DNA of 64,000 nt from an uncultured Chloroflexia bacterium (GCA_963797095.1 CAWCNY010000007.1:32001-96000); one strand, 5' to 3'; numbered from the stretch's first letter, positions 36,145 through 46,532 are shown. Program-made: numbers and translations. Notes: a model not told the origin generated them from the sequence alone.

Positions 36145-37152
36145 TCAGCGATCATAGCAACTCAGCACCGCATCCCAGGCAACCTCGCTTGTGAGAGCGC
36201 CCAGTGCCACGTCGTTCAGGGCGGGGTTGTCCACTTCGCCTGTGCTGATCGCCCACAGCACATCTCCATCGTAGACCGTGTGGAAGGGCTGGATTGCGCG
36301 GGCCATTGAGGTATGGACCAGGCGGGCGAACTGGCGCAAAGACCACGCGAGGCCCCGGTCGGCGTTGAGGCGCTGGTTGGTGACGGCTACGGTGAGAGTG
36401 GTGTTGCCGGGGGTGGGTTCGGGGGCGGGTTCTTCGGGGGAAGGCTGGCCCAGACGCAGGCCATCGACGAGGTGGTGGCGCTCGCCCGTGGTGGGGTCGA
36501 GGTTGCCTCGCACGACATTGCCCTGGCGGTCTACGATTGCGCCCACGGCGTTGACTACTGTAAAGACCGCCATACGCGTTGGACCGAACTGGCGAAAGGC
36601 CGCGCCCTGGCCCGAAGGCTCACCCTCGTGCGTTGGACGCAGTCCTTTGCCGACGGTGGCCGAGCATCCCGCCCCATGCGAGCCGAGCGGGAACCAACCT
36701 TCGCGAGCCGACCGGATGGCGGCGCGGCCCAGCGCCTTGTCCGGGTAAATAGCGTTGGGACGGCGCAGGTTGTAGTCGAAGATGATGCCGCCCGACACAA
36801 CGGGGATGTCGGCCCAGCCCGTGGCATACCCGCGCATAGCGAACATTTCGGCGACCACGCCGGAGGTGGCTTCTAGGCCAAGCACCGAGCCGCCCGCCAG
36901 GCAAACCGCGTGCAGGCGGTCGCGGCCCTCGGTGAGGATCGTGCCGTGTGAGCCGCCGCGCACATCCACGCTGCAATTGACGATCTTGCCACCGAATGAG
37001 AGGACAGTGCAGCCGGTCGGTCCCTCGCGGTATTCGGTCACACCGATCTGTAAGCCGGGGAAGTCGAAGCTGAGGATTGGGCCGTCTGATGCGGTCGGGA
37101 TGTAGGGAGTGAGAGAGGCGTTGTCGTTGGTCAGCGGGATTGGCGGCTCCAT
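36145..37152 (-). CDS. P1/S58 family peptidase (DmpA-like)
   Basis: TGCTV, DVRGG, L.GGS..GL.A..GV, G..GAG..ATVGK, GNTTL, PFHT..DGD. Confidence 0.88.
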   Translation of the reverse strand: MEPPIPLTNDNASLTPYIPTASDGPILSFDFPGLQIGVTEYREGPTGCTVLSFGGKIVNCSVDVRGGSHGTILTEGRDRLHAVCLAGGSVLGLEATSGVVAEMFAMRGYATGWADIPVVSGGIIFDYNLRRPNAIYPDKALGRAAIRSAREGWFPLGSHGAGCSATVGKGLRPTHEGEPSGQGAAFRQFGPTRMAVFTVVNAVGAIVDRQGNVVRGNLDPTTGERHHLVDGLRLGQPSPEEPAPEPTPGNTTLTVAVTNQRLNADRGLAWSLRQFARLVHTSMARAIQPFHTVYDGDVLWAISTGEVDNPALNDVALGALTSEVAWDAVLSCYDR

Positions 37153-37316
37153 TTGGGGTGCTCCTGTAAACCGAAAGGGTAGTTTGATCGTATTCTAACT
37201 TGCCTGTGCAAGAAAGGCAGAACTTCCGGGCGGAATCAGTCGTTATACTGATGCGAAGTCGCGGAGTCTATGCTAGAGTGTGGACGGCTGTACCAATTAC
37301 ATCGCGAGGAACCAGG

Positions 37317-37916
37317 ATGGATGCCCATACCGAGTTATCACCGCATTTGATAGAAGATTTCGTGCTGTCGTGCCACGGCAATTATCCGAGGGTGCGGGCT
37401 ATGCTCGACTACGAGCCGCGCCTGGTGAGCGCCAGGTGGCTGAGGTTTGACGAGAATGGGTTGGAGGCAGCCGGGCACATGGGGCGAGCCGACATCGCCA
37501 ACCATTTGCTGGCGAAGGGCGAGCCGCTCACGATCTTCGCCGCCGCTATGCTGGGGAGGACGGAGGATGTGGCGGCATTCCTGAAAGAAGACCCGTCACT
37601 GGCAACGGCAAACGGCGTGCACGGCATCTCGATTTTATATCACGCAGCCTTGAGTGGGAAGGTCGAGATTGCAGAGATGCTGGTGGCACATGGGGGAGGC
37701 GAAGGCGCGAGCCACGCGCTGCATGCCGCGGTCAGGCCCGGACACGCCGAGATGGTTGAGTGGCTGCTGGCGCGGGGCGGCGATCCGAATACTCTCAATT
37801 TTGAGGGGAAAACCACCCTCGATGTGGCACTCGCGCAAGGTCATAAAGCAATGGCGGACATATTGAGGTTGAAGGGTACAATTGAAAGCCCTTTGGAGCA
37901 CGATATGGGCGCATAG
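37317..37916 (+). CDS. Ankyrin repeat protein
   Basis: Repeated A...G....V..LL..G.D.N; G.T.LD.A...GH. Confidence 0.8.
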   Translation: MDAHTELSPHLIEDFVLSCHGNYPRVRAMLDYEPRLVSARWLRFDENGLEAAGHMGRADIANHLLAKGEPLTIFAAAMLGRTEDVAAFLKEDPSLATANGVHGISILYHAALSGKVEIAEMLVAHGGGEGASHALHAAVRPGHAEMVEWLLARGGDPNTLNFEGKTTLDVALAQGHKAMADILRLKGTIESPLEHDMGA

Positions 37917-38034
37917 GAAGCGGCGCGTAACAGAGCGGGGCTAATCTGCGGGCACGTTTAGTTTGCGCTTTCTGAGAAAAGCAGGTTATAATCTGCCGCA
38001 AATCAGTGTAACATCAAGTGGAGGTAGCTACACT

Positions 38035-38847
38035 ATGATGACCCGCTCAGTTCGTTCGCTTCTAATTACCGTCGCGGTCATACAGGCTTTGATTGGAGTG
38101 GGATTTGCGTTGCAGATAGGGTTCATTACGCAAATCTGGCCAATGCCGAACACAGGGCCGCTGTCACTTACACTTATAGGCTCTTTCTTCGTAGCAGCCG
38201 CAGCGTCAACGCTCTGGAGCCTGTTTGCGGGTGAGACGGGTTCGCTGGCAGGCGTCTTTCTCGACTATGTCGTGATCTTCGTTCCTCTGGCGATTTATAT
38301 GCTCCTGATCTCGGACGGCAACTGGGGTATCGTCTCGTTCGCGATCGCAGTAGCAATAGCAGCTGTATGTGGGGCAATGGGTCTATGGCAGACGCTTCTC
38401 TACCCGATCAAGGACCCGCGACCCCAACCCATGTTAGTGCGCATATCGTTCGTGATCTTTGTGGTGACGCTCATCTTCTTCGGTGGAGAGATGGTGCTGC
38501 AAGTGCCCAACATCCTGCCCTGGCAGGTATCGCCTGAAGGCTCAACGATCTATGGATTGATGTTCCTGGGTGCGGCAGCGTATTTCATCTATGCGTTAGC
38601 GCGCCCAAGCTGGATGAACTCCGGCGGCCAACTGGCGGGTTTCCTGGCCTACGACCTGGTGCTGATCTTACCGTTCATCGGCCATTTCCAGAAGGTAGAG
38701 GACCAACTCCTACCCAACCTGATCCTGTACGTGGTGGCGGTGGTCTACAGCGGGCTGCTGGGGATCTACTACCTGTTTGTAAACAGGCAGACACGCATCC
38801 CGCTGACAGGAGACGGCGGGATGGCAGCCTCGGAGAGTGCCAGTTAG
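38035..38847 (+). CDS. Hypothetical membrane protein (two internal 4-TM repeats)
   Basis: GGAGG RBS; about 8 hydrophobic segments with WP...GS.F / PW...G.MF duplication. Confidence 0.65.
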   Translation: MMTRSVRSLLITVAVIQALIGVGFALQIGFITQIWPMPNTGPLSLTLIGSFFVAAAASTLWSLFAGETGSLAGVFLDYVVIFVPLAIYMLLISDGNWGIVSFAIAVAIAAVCGAMGLWQTLLYPIKDPRPQPMLVRISFVIFVVTLIFFGGEMVLQVPNILPWQVSPEGSTIYGLMFLGAAAYFIYALARPSWMNSGGQLAGFLAYDLVLILPFIGHFQKVEDQLLPNLILYVVAVVYSGLLGIYYLFVNRQTRIPLTGDGGMAASESAS

Positions 38848-38853
38848 CCCCGG

Positions 38854-40284
38854 CTAGAGCTTGAGGTTTACCCCTTCTGCTGCGAGGGCTTCATTCACGA
38901 TCCCCTTGATGCGCTCCAGGTCTTCCGCCGATTTGGTCGACTCGAACCTGTAGGTGATAGCAGGCTCGGTGTTGGAGGCGCGCACTAAAGCCCAGCCGGT
39001 GGGGAAGACCACTCGCACGCCATCAATGGTGATCACCGGGTATTCCTTCTCGAAGTATTCGCGCAGCTTGTCGACCAGGGCGAACTTCTTTTCCTCGCCC
39101 ACTTCGGCGCGGCCTTCGGGGGTGTTCCAGTAGTGTGAAGCGTCGGCCAGCCTATCCTGAATGGTGGCTTCCGAGTCGCCTATGGCTTCCAGGAGCTTTG
39201 CGCCCGCATATACACCGTCGTCGAAGTCGATAATCGGGTCGTCGAAGAACATGTGGCCTGAGAACTCGCCCGCGAAAGGCGCGCCCGTTTCGAGGCGCTT
39301 GGCGAAGACGTTGGTGTAGCCTGTGCGCCACATGACCGGCACGCCGCCGTGCGCCTCCACATCTTCCTTGAGGGCCAGCGAGCACTTCACGTCGAAGATT
39401 ATGTCTGAGCCGGGCTTGCGCTCCAACGCTTTGCGCGAGTAGAGGATCATGTACATGTCGGGCCACACAATAGACCCGTCGTCGGCGATCACCCCCAGGC
39501 GGTCGCCGTCGCCATCTATGCCTATGCCGACATCCGCGCCCTGCTTCTTGACCTCGGCGATCAGGTCCTGCACAAACTCCTCTTTGAGGGGGTTGGGTAG
39601 GTGGTGCGGGAAGTTGCCGTCCGGCTCGATGTAGATGCCGCTCACGTCGCAGCCTAATTCCTGGTAGATCTTCATGGCGGTGGGGCCTGTCGCGCCGTTG
39701 CCGGGGTCGATCACGACTTTGAGCGGGCGCTTGACTTTGACCGTATCAACAATGTACTTGATGTATTCATCGGTTACGGGGTGGTCGCTGAATTCACCAT
39801 CCCCATCGTGGAAGCGGTTCTCCTGGATCAGGTGAAGCAGGTCCTGTATGTCGGCTGAGGTGAGCGGGGCGTTGAGGCCATCGGCTGTGCGTTTGCGGCA
39901 CTTGAAGCCGTTATATTCGGCGGGATTGTGGGAGGCGGTGACCGCACAGCCGCCGTCCACGCCGAGGTACTTGACGGCGAAGTACATAACAGGAGTAGGC
40001 ACCATGCCTATGTTGATCACGTCCACGCCGGAATTGAGCAGGCCCTGGACGACGGCTTTCTGGAAGCGCGGGCCGGTTAGGCGGGCATCGTAGCCGCACA
40101 CTACCTGGAAGTTTTCGCCGCGAACGGGCTTTATGCCCTCCTGGTTGTGAAGGAATGTGCCGTAGGCGCGGCCAAGGTTGTAATAAACGTCCTCGTTGAG
40201 GTCCTGGTCTACGATGCCGCGTATGTCGTATTCGCGGAAGATGTGGGCGGGCACTTTGCTTGCGTTACCATCATGGTGGGTCAT
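38854..40284 (-). CDS. Phosphomannomutase/phosphoglucomutase
   Basis: IFREYDIRG, TASHNP..YNG.K, DGDGDR, GEFSGH, DGVR, RASNTEP. Confidence 0.95.
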   Translation of the reverse strand: MTHHDGNASKVPAHIFREYDIRGIVDQDLNEDVYYNLGRAYGTFLHNQEGIKPVRGENFQVVCGYDARLTGPRFQKAVVQGLLNSGVDVINIGMVPTPVMYFAVKYLGVDGGCAVTASHNPAEYNGFKCRKRTADGLNAPLTSADIQDLLHLIQENRFHDGDGEFSDHPVTDEYIKYIVDTVKVKRPLKVVIDPGNGATGPTAMKIYQELGCDVSGIYIEPDGNFPHHLPNPLKEEFVQDLIAEVKKQGADVGIGIDGDGDRLGVIADDGSIVWPDMYMILYSRKALERKPGSDIIFDVKCSLALKEDVEAHGGVPVMWRTGYTNVFAKRLETGAPFAGEFSGHMFFDDPIIDFDDGVYAGAKLLEAIGDSEATIQDRLADASHYWNTPEGRAEVGEEKKFALVDKLREYFEKEYPVITIDGVRVVFPTGWALVRASNTEPAITYRFESTKSAEDLERIKGIVNEALAAEGVNLKL

Positions 40285-40400
40285 ATGGTTGCCTCCTGCT
40301 TTTTCAATTGTGAGGTTACGCCCTATTGTACAGCAAAGGGAGATTTTTGTGAGATAGAAATGTATAATACGCCCATGCCACCGCTCTATGTGAGACCTAG

Positions 40401-42392
40401 ATGAGCATTTCAGAGGTAGCAGCACCCGCCGTTGAGAGGGCATACCCGGAGCAATCAAGGGCAGTACGCTATCTTCCTACGATCCTCATTGTGGCGACGC
40501 TGGCGCTGCTGGTGCCGAGGCTGCTGACCTTCGGGCAGGTTACTACAACATTTCTGGCGTGGCCGTGGCAGTTCGATTTTACCGAGGGCGTAAACCTCAG
40601 CGCCACCATGCAACTGGCGAACGGGCACAATATTTACGCGCATAACGGCCCCGATGCGTTTGTGTCGGCACCATACACGCCCTTCTTTTTCATGCTGACC
40701 GCGCCCATCAGCCTGCTGGCCGGGCCCACTCTGTGGGTCGGGCGCGCCATATCGCTGGCGGCGACCTTGATCGTGGCTTTGCTGCCGGTGTACGCGGTGC
40801 GGCGGGCCACTCGCAGTTGGCTGGCAGGAGCATTGGCAGCGGCGCTCTGGTTGTCGTTGTCGCCCGTGATCGTGTGGGCCGCCCTCTACACCCAGCATAT
40901 CCTGGCGCTCATGTTCGGGCTGGCCGGACTGGTGTGGGCGATGCGCTACCCGGGGGGGAAGCGGCTATATGTGGCTGCGGTGTGGCTGGCGCTGGCCTTT
41001 TACACAAAGCAGTCGGCGGTTGACGCGGCGGGAGCAGTGGTAGTATGGCTGCTATTGCTCGATTGGCGGCGGGGATTGCGGTTCGGGGCGGCGCTTGCGC
41101 TGGTGGTGGGGTTGCCGTTCGCGAGCGCTAATCTACTGTTGAAAGGGGGGCTGTGGGAGCATGCGTTCGGGAACCAGGCGCTACCCTGGAACGAGCGACG
41201 CTTCTGGAGGCTACTCAACCGGCTGTGGGGAGAGTACTGGCCGGTGCTCGGCCTGGGAGTTGGGTGCGCTGCCGGGGCTGTGGCCGCGAAGATGCCAGCG
41301 CTGCGCAGGTTGGGCCTGCCGCGAATGAGCAAGGAGTGGGGGCTGGCTGCGCTCTACTTCGTGTTCGCGCAGGCGTCCGTGCTGGTGCGCCTGGGGCGCG
41401 ATGGGGTCAATTACAACCACATGATAGACGCGCTACTGCCCGCGTGTCTGCTCGTTGGGTTGTCAACGGGTTATGTGATGGGAAGGGTCAACGCCGGCGC
41501 CAGAAGGGGGAGTGGCATGCGGAGCACGGCAACACTGGTCGCCCTGAGCGCGCTGGTGGTGGCCCAAACCTCGATCCTGGCCGACCCGCACACCTGGTAT
41601 CTCGGCGGCTGGCCCAGCGAGGAGTTGGATGGGCAGATGCGTTCGCTTTCAAAGCTGGTGGCGGATACGCCGGGCGATATCTACTCGGAAGATGTCTATC
41701 TGGCGCTGAGCAACGGGCGACCTGTCATCTACGATGATGCTTTCATGTTCGTAAGCCTGGCGAACCAGGGCAAATGGGACGAGAGCGTGTTCGACAGATC
41801 GCTGAGAGACCGCCGTTTCAGCCTGATATTGCTCCAGGCGGATAGCGAACGATGGACCGAGGCCGGGAGGAAGGCGTTCACTGAGAACTACGACCTGAAG
41901 TTCAGCGACCTGGTAAGCACCTACACCCCGAAAGTAACACCGGTTACCCCGCAGTATGATATGCAGTGCGCTTTTGCGGGCGGTGGCGACGAGGTTGAGT
42001 TGAAGGGGTACAGCCTGCCACCCGGCGCGGCCTGGGACGGCAGCAAGCCGGGCGAGGTTCTGCGCGTGACGCTTTACTGGCAGACCAACCGCACGCTTAG
42101 CCGGAGCTATGCTACTTATGTGCATATGTTGAGCGAGGAAAACGAAGCGATAGTATCGGTGGACAATCCGCAAACGGGCGCGGGTAAACCGACAACTGAG
42201 TGGCAGGCCGGGGCGTTGATCACCGACACGGTTTCGCTGCCATTAGGGAAGGATGTTGCCGCCGGGCGCTATCGCCTGATAGCGGGGATGTATGGCACGA
42301 ACGGGACCTCTATTACCGCGTTGACACCCGTATGCGGCCAGGGCAATGTATTCGGGGATGGGGTGTCGCTGGGGTTTGTCGAGGTGAAGTAA
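40401..42392 (+). CDS. GT-C fold (ArnT/PMT-like) membrane glycosyltransferase with C-terminal extracellular domain
   Basis: D.TEG, Y.P.F, GR..S, LA..TKQ, multiple TM; C-terminal L.GY...PG....VTLYW...Y..YVH...W..G.LI.D...G.Y.L..G.Y domain. Confidence 0.75.
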   Translation: MSISEVAAPAVERAYPEQSRAVRYLPTILIVATLALLVPRLLTFGQVTTTFLAWPWQFDFTEGVNLSATMQLANGHNIYAHNGPDAFVSAPYTPFFFMLTAPISLLAGPTLWVGRAISLAATLIVALLPVYAVRRATRSWLAGALAAALWLSLSPVIVWAALYTQHILALMFGLAGLVWAMRYPGGKRLYVAAVWLALAFYTKQSAVDAAGAVVVWLLLLDWRRGLRFGAALALVVGLPFASANLLLKGGLWEHAFGNQALPWNERRFWRLLNRLWGEYWPVLGLGVGCAAGAVAAKMPALRRLGLPRMSKEWGLAALYFVFAQASVLVRLGRDGVNYNHMIDALLPACLLVGLSTGYVMGRVNAGARRGSGMRSTATLVALSALVVAQTSILADPHTWYLGGWPSEELDGQMRSLSKLVADTPGDIYSEDVYLALSNGRPVIYDDAFMFVSLANQGKWDESVFDRSLRDRRFSLILLQADSERWTEAGRKAFTENYDLKFSDLVSTYTPKVTPVTPQYDMQCAFAGGGDEVELKGYSLPPGAAWDGSKPGEVLRVTLYWQTNRTLSRSYATYVHMLSEENEAIVSVDNPQTGAGKPTTEWQAGALITDTVSLPLGKDVAAGRYRLIAGMYGTNGTSITALTPVCGQGNVFGDGVSLGFVEVK

Positions 42393-42615
42393 GGCCTGTG
42401 TGAGCCATTCAGTCCGCTTCTTTGGTTTGCTGTGGAAAAGCGCAACTGATGGCGGCGGGCACTCCCTATATGGTAAAATATGAGGAGTAAAACCTGCACA
42501 AACGTTCGCAATTAGGGAACCTGGGGCCGGAAACAGAGATCAGTTCCTGAAGAACTGATCCGTAATCTTGGTCCTTGATCCCTGTCCAATCAAGCAAGGA
42601 GTCGCACTATTCCCC

Positions 42616-43110
42616 ATGTATGTCATGCGCTTTACTATTATCGACCCAACCGGAACAGTTAGCTTTGTCGCACCATGCAACGCATTGAAAGCCCTGGTGG
42701 CGGCTTGCAGCAAATACCCTACCGACCTGGAGTCGCTGCTGGTGGCCTCATCACGATATGACACCGATCTCAAAGACTATGTGCTGAACGGCCTGGCCGT
42801 ATTCGACGAGCAAAATACGGAAGGACGCTACGAGCAGATACATAGCGCCATCGATTACGCTGAGGAACAGCGCGCCCAGCACAACATCCCGGTATTCCGC
42901 GTGGTTGACGAGGCCACGCGCGAGGCCAGTCTACAGCCTGTAAAGGCAGGGCTTGTGCTGTTCAATTTGAAGGAGCGCAGGATCATACAGGTGCACAATA
43001 CGTATGATAATGTGCGCCGCCAGGACCGGGGCCGCATCCACAAGGGCGGCGAGCCGACCAAGCAGATCTACCACTACAGTTTACCTCCGGACTGGCAGAT
43101 CGTCCCTTAG
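42616..43110 (+). CDS. Conserved hypothetical protein
   Basis: AAGGAG RBS; host-like codon usage; no family recognised. Confidence 0.7.
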   Translation: MYVMRFTIIDPTGTVSFVAPCNALKALVAACSKYPTDLESLLVASSRYDTDLKDYVLNGLAVFDEQNTEGRYEQIHSAIDYAEEQRAQHNIPVFRVVDEATREASLQPVKAGLVLFNLKERRIIQVHNTYDNVRRQDRGRIHKGGEPTKQIYHYSLPPDWQIVP

Positions 43111-43171
43111 CGAAACCGCAGCCGGACCGGGGCCGGACCGCAGGCGGAGGGGCACACAGGGAGGTGGAGGG

Positions 43172-43642
43172 ATGGACAGCATGAACGGTGACGATAGCGT
43201 CCCGACATTGGACAGGGACCTGCCATCGATGCCTCCCCCATTGGGAGGAAACTATCGAGAGAGTGGGTACGCCTCTACACTGGACGAAGCACGGCCTTTC
43301 GGGGTGTCGTTGATAGTGACGGTAATCGTGCTGGCAACCATTGTCAACGCATTCTTCGCACTGAACGCCTGGATACGCGCCCAGGAGCTTGACGAGACAC
43401 CTGCCCTCGCCTTCGCATTGATTATTGAAGTGATAGTGAGCATGGGGGTAGCCGTGGGGCTGTGGCGATTGAATGAGTGGGGGCGTGTAACCGCCATTGC
43501 CCTCTATGTCATCTCGTTCGGCATCAGGTTCTTCACAGGCTTCAACGAGACGCTGACCACGGGCGCGCTGGTGGGGCTGGTGGTTCCCCTGGCGATTGTT
43601 ATCTACCTGATTCAGCCTAATGTAAGAGACAGATTTATTTGA
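43172..43642 (+). CDS. Hypothetical 4-TM membrane protein
   Basis: GGAGG RBS; RPFGV...GLW.L..W.R...YL..P.VR..F pattern. Confidence 0.65.
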   Translation: MDSMNGDDSVPTLDRDLPSMPPPLGGNYRESGYASTLDEARPFGVSLIVTVIVLATIVNAFFALNAWIRAQELDETPALAFALIIEVIVSMGVAVGLWRLNEWGRVTAIALYVISFGIRFFTGFNETLTTGALVGLVVPLAIVIYLIQPNVRDRFI

Positions 43643-43652
43643 GCGTAAAGAG

Positions 43653-46262
43653 ATGATCCCAATCAGACTTTCCCTTCGGAACTTCATGTGCTACCGTGAC
43701 AACACGGAGATACTCGACCTCACGGGTGTACACCTGGCGTGCTTGTCTGGCGAGAACGGGGCGGGCAAGTCGGCCCTGTTGGAGGCGATAACGTGGTCCT
43801 TGTGGGGCAAAGCTCGCGAGCGCTCAATCGACGACGAGCTAATCAGCAAAGGCGCGACCGAGATGGAAGTCGACTTCGAGTTCGTCCTGAGCGGCGATGC
43901 CTACCGCGTGATACGCAAGAGGTCCCAGAAGGGCAAAACGGGCACCACTATACTCCACATCGAGGTGTCGGACGACCCGGAGTCGGGGCACTGGCGCACC
44001 CTGAGCGGGGCCACTATAAGGGAGAGCCAGGCAAGGATCAACAACCTCCTCAAGCTCGACTACGAGACATTCACCAACTCGGCCTTCATCATGCAGGGGC
44101 GGGCCGACCAGTTCACCGTCAAAAGCCCGGCCGACCGCAAGAAGGTGCTGGCCGATATCCTGGGCCTTGAGCAGTACGACAGGCTTGAGGGAGAGGCCAG
44201 AGAGGAAGCGCGGCAGCGCGCGTCCAGGATGCAGGAGCTAAAAGCCTCCATCGAGCGAATAGATCGCGAGCTGGCCCACCGGGATGAATATGAAACGCGC
44301 CTTGGCGAAGTAGAGGACGACCTGGCGTTGAAGCAGGCGGAGTTGACCGAGCGCAGGATTGAACTGGAGCAGATCAGGGCACACGAGCAGAGGTTAGAGC
44401 ACACAAACGAGCGCTTGATCGAGATCGCCAAACGGTTGGAGAGGCGCCAGCGCACGATGGACGGGCTGAACACGAGCATCGGGAGGCATGACGAGCGACG
44501 CAAAGCACTGGAGGCGTTGGTAGCCCGGCGCGGCGAGATCGAGACCGGGTGGGCCGACCTGCAAGAGCTGCAAACACGCGATGAACGCCTGAACGATGTG
44601 CGCAACAGCCTGGACGGGCTGATTATCGAGCGTACCAGGCTCGACGGCGTGTTGAACGAAGAGAAGATAAGGCTCGATTCGCAGGTGAGGCGGTACGAGG
44701 ATAACATCCGCAAGTACACGCAGAACCTGGCCGGGCGCGGTGTGCTTGAGCAACAACTGGCCGAGGTGCTTGATAAGCTGAACAGGCTGGCGCTGGTGCA
44801 ACAGCAGCACGAAGACACGCGATGCGAGAAAGAAGCGGAGGAGGTGAAGTTGCGCACTCTCACTGCAGAGCGCAATAACCTGGAGCGGGAAGGCAAGCAT
44901 ATTCGGCAGAAACTGGACCTGCTGGTAGAAGCGCACGCACAGGCCGGGGACCACGTTGGGTGTCCCTTGTGTGGGACCGGGCTGACCGAGGATGCGCTGC
45001 GAAGGGTGCGCGAGTCTTATGAGCGCGAGATCGAGGAGAAGAGGCGCGAGTTCAAGGAGAAAGACCGCGAGATCGAAGAGGTAAAGGCGGCGATCATCGC
45101 GATAGAGAAGCGGCTGGCGAGAGAGCAGGAGGAATTGAAGCCGCTGGAAATGCAAAGGCGGCGCGAGGCCGAACTGCGCAGCAAGCAGGCCGGCCTGGAT
45201 AGGGATGAGCAGGACCTGGTGCAAGACGAGTCGGCGCTTGTGGTCCTCCGAACGCGCCTGACCGATGCCGATTACGGCCATGATACCCGCAAAGAATTAA
45301 CCACTGTGAAGGCAAGGATAGGCAGGCTTGAATACGATTCGCAGGACCACACTGAGGTGAAACGACGGCTTGCGGAGTTGCGAGCAGTCGGCTACGACAG
45401 CCAGTATCACAGCCTCCAGAGCGCGGACCGCGACCTGCCGGGCGTGCAACAGGCTATGGAGGAGGACAACCAGGAACTCAATCGCCTCCGGGCCGAGCAG
45501 GAAGGCGACCGGGCAGAGAAGTTGGCGCTGACGCCGCAGGCAGCTGAGCTGGAGGAAGTACGCGTTCAAAGGTTGGCAAAGGAGCCGGAGGCGAAAGCCC
45601 TGGATAGCGTGGTGACGCAATTACTGGACGAGCGCGGGCAGTTGAAGAACAGGATCGCCTATTGCGACAGCCTGCAGGAAGAGAAGCAAGCGCACATGGC
45701 CGAGTTCAATACATCGTCCGAGGAGAAGGGAATATTCGATGAGTTGACATCGGCCTTCGGCAAGAAGGGTATCCAGGCGATGATCATCGAGAACGTGATC
45801 CCCGAGGTGGAGGAAGAGGCGAACAACATCCTCGAAAAGATGACCGATGGCAGGATGAGCGTGCAGTTCAGGACGCAGCGAGACGCCAAGACCGGCAAGG
45901 GGAACGTGATCGAGACCCTCGACATCGAGATCGCCGACGAAGTGGGCACGCGCTCCTACGAGATGTACAGCGGAGGCGAGGCGTTCAGGGTGAACTTCGC
46001 GGTGAGGATCGCATTGAGCAAATTGCTGGCGCGCAGGGCAGGCACTCAGCTACAAACCCTGGTGATAGACGAGGGTTTCGGGAGCCAGGACGGGCAAGGG
46101 CGCGAAAAACTGGTGGGCGCGATCCGCTCGATACAGGACGACTTCGAGAAGATCCTGGTGATCACGCACATAGAGGAATTGAAAGACGAATTCCCCACGC
46201 GGATCAATATCGTCAAGACGGGCACGGGCTCCCGCATCATCATGGAGGATGCAGCCGCTTAG
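43653..46262 (+). CDS. sbcC: SbcC/Rad50-type SMC ATPase
   Basis: Walker A GENGAGKS, Q-loop QG, coiled coils, zinc hook CPLC, signature YSGGE, Walker B/D-loop IDEGFGSQD, ITH. Confidence 0.9.
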   Translation: MIPIRLSLRNFMCYRDNTEILDLTGVHLACLSGENGAGKSALLEAITWSLWGKARERSIDDELISKGATEMEVDFEFVLSGDAYRVIRKRSQKGKTGTTILHIEVSDDPESGHWRTLSGATIRESQARINNLLKLDYETFTNSAFIMQGRADQFTVKSPADRKKVLADILGLEQYDRLEGEAREEARQRASRMQELKASIERIDRELAHRDEYETRLGEVEDDLALKQAELTERRIELEQIRAHEQRLEHTNERLIEIAKRLERRQRTMDGLNTSIGRHDERRKALEALVARRGEIETGWADLQELQTRDERLNDVRNSLDGLIIERTRLDGVLNEEKIRLDSQVRRYEDNIRKYTQNLAGRGVLEQQLAEVLDKLNRLALVQQQHEDTRCEKEAEEVKLRTLTAERNNLEREGKHIRQKLDLLVEAHAQAGDHVGCPLCGTGLTEDALRRVRESYEREIEEKRREFKEKDREIEEVKAAIIAIEKRLAREQEELKPLEMQRRREAELRSKQAGLDRDEQDLVQDESALVVLRTRLTDADYGHDTRKELTTVKARIGRLEYDSQDHTEVKRRLAELRAVGYDSQYHSLQSADRDLPGVQQAMEEDNQELNRLRAEQEGDRAEKLALTPQAAELEEVRVQRLAKEPEAKALDSVVTQLLDERGQLKNRIAYCDSLQEEKQAHMAEFNTSSEEKGIFDELTSAFGKKGIQAMIIENVIPEVEEEANNILEKMTDGRMSVQFRTQRDAKTGKGNVIETLDIEIADEVGTRSYEMYSGGEAFRVNFAVRIALSKLLARRAGTQLQTLVIDEGFGSQDGQGREKLVGAIRSIQDDFEKILVITHIEELKDEFPTRINIVKTGTGSRIIMEDAAA

Positions 46263-46285
46263 CGATTGTAGCGCGTCAGAGAGGA

Positions 46286-46532
46286 CTAGAATTCGGCAAT
46301 AGCCGGAATAACCTCACGCCCCATGACCTCTACAGGCGTGATCTTCTCCATCCCTTCAACACGACCGAACACAGTCTGGATCCCTATATCCGCAAGCCCG
46401 CGCAGTTGCTCGATCAGTGCACCTGCTTTGCTTTGGGGTCTCGGCGGCTCGCGCCATATCGGCCGGAATAGAACCGTAACGGTCGGGACTAGCCGACCAG
46501 TTATATTGATTTATGTGGAATCCCAGTTTCAT
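46286..46532 (-). pseudogene. LLM-class (F420-dependent-like) oxidoreductase with most of the interior deleted
   Basis: MKLGFHINQYNWSASPDRYGSIPADMARAAE joined out of frame to SKAGALIEQLRGLADIGIQTV...ITPVEVMGREVIPAIAEF*. Confidence 0.7.
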
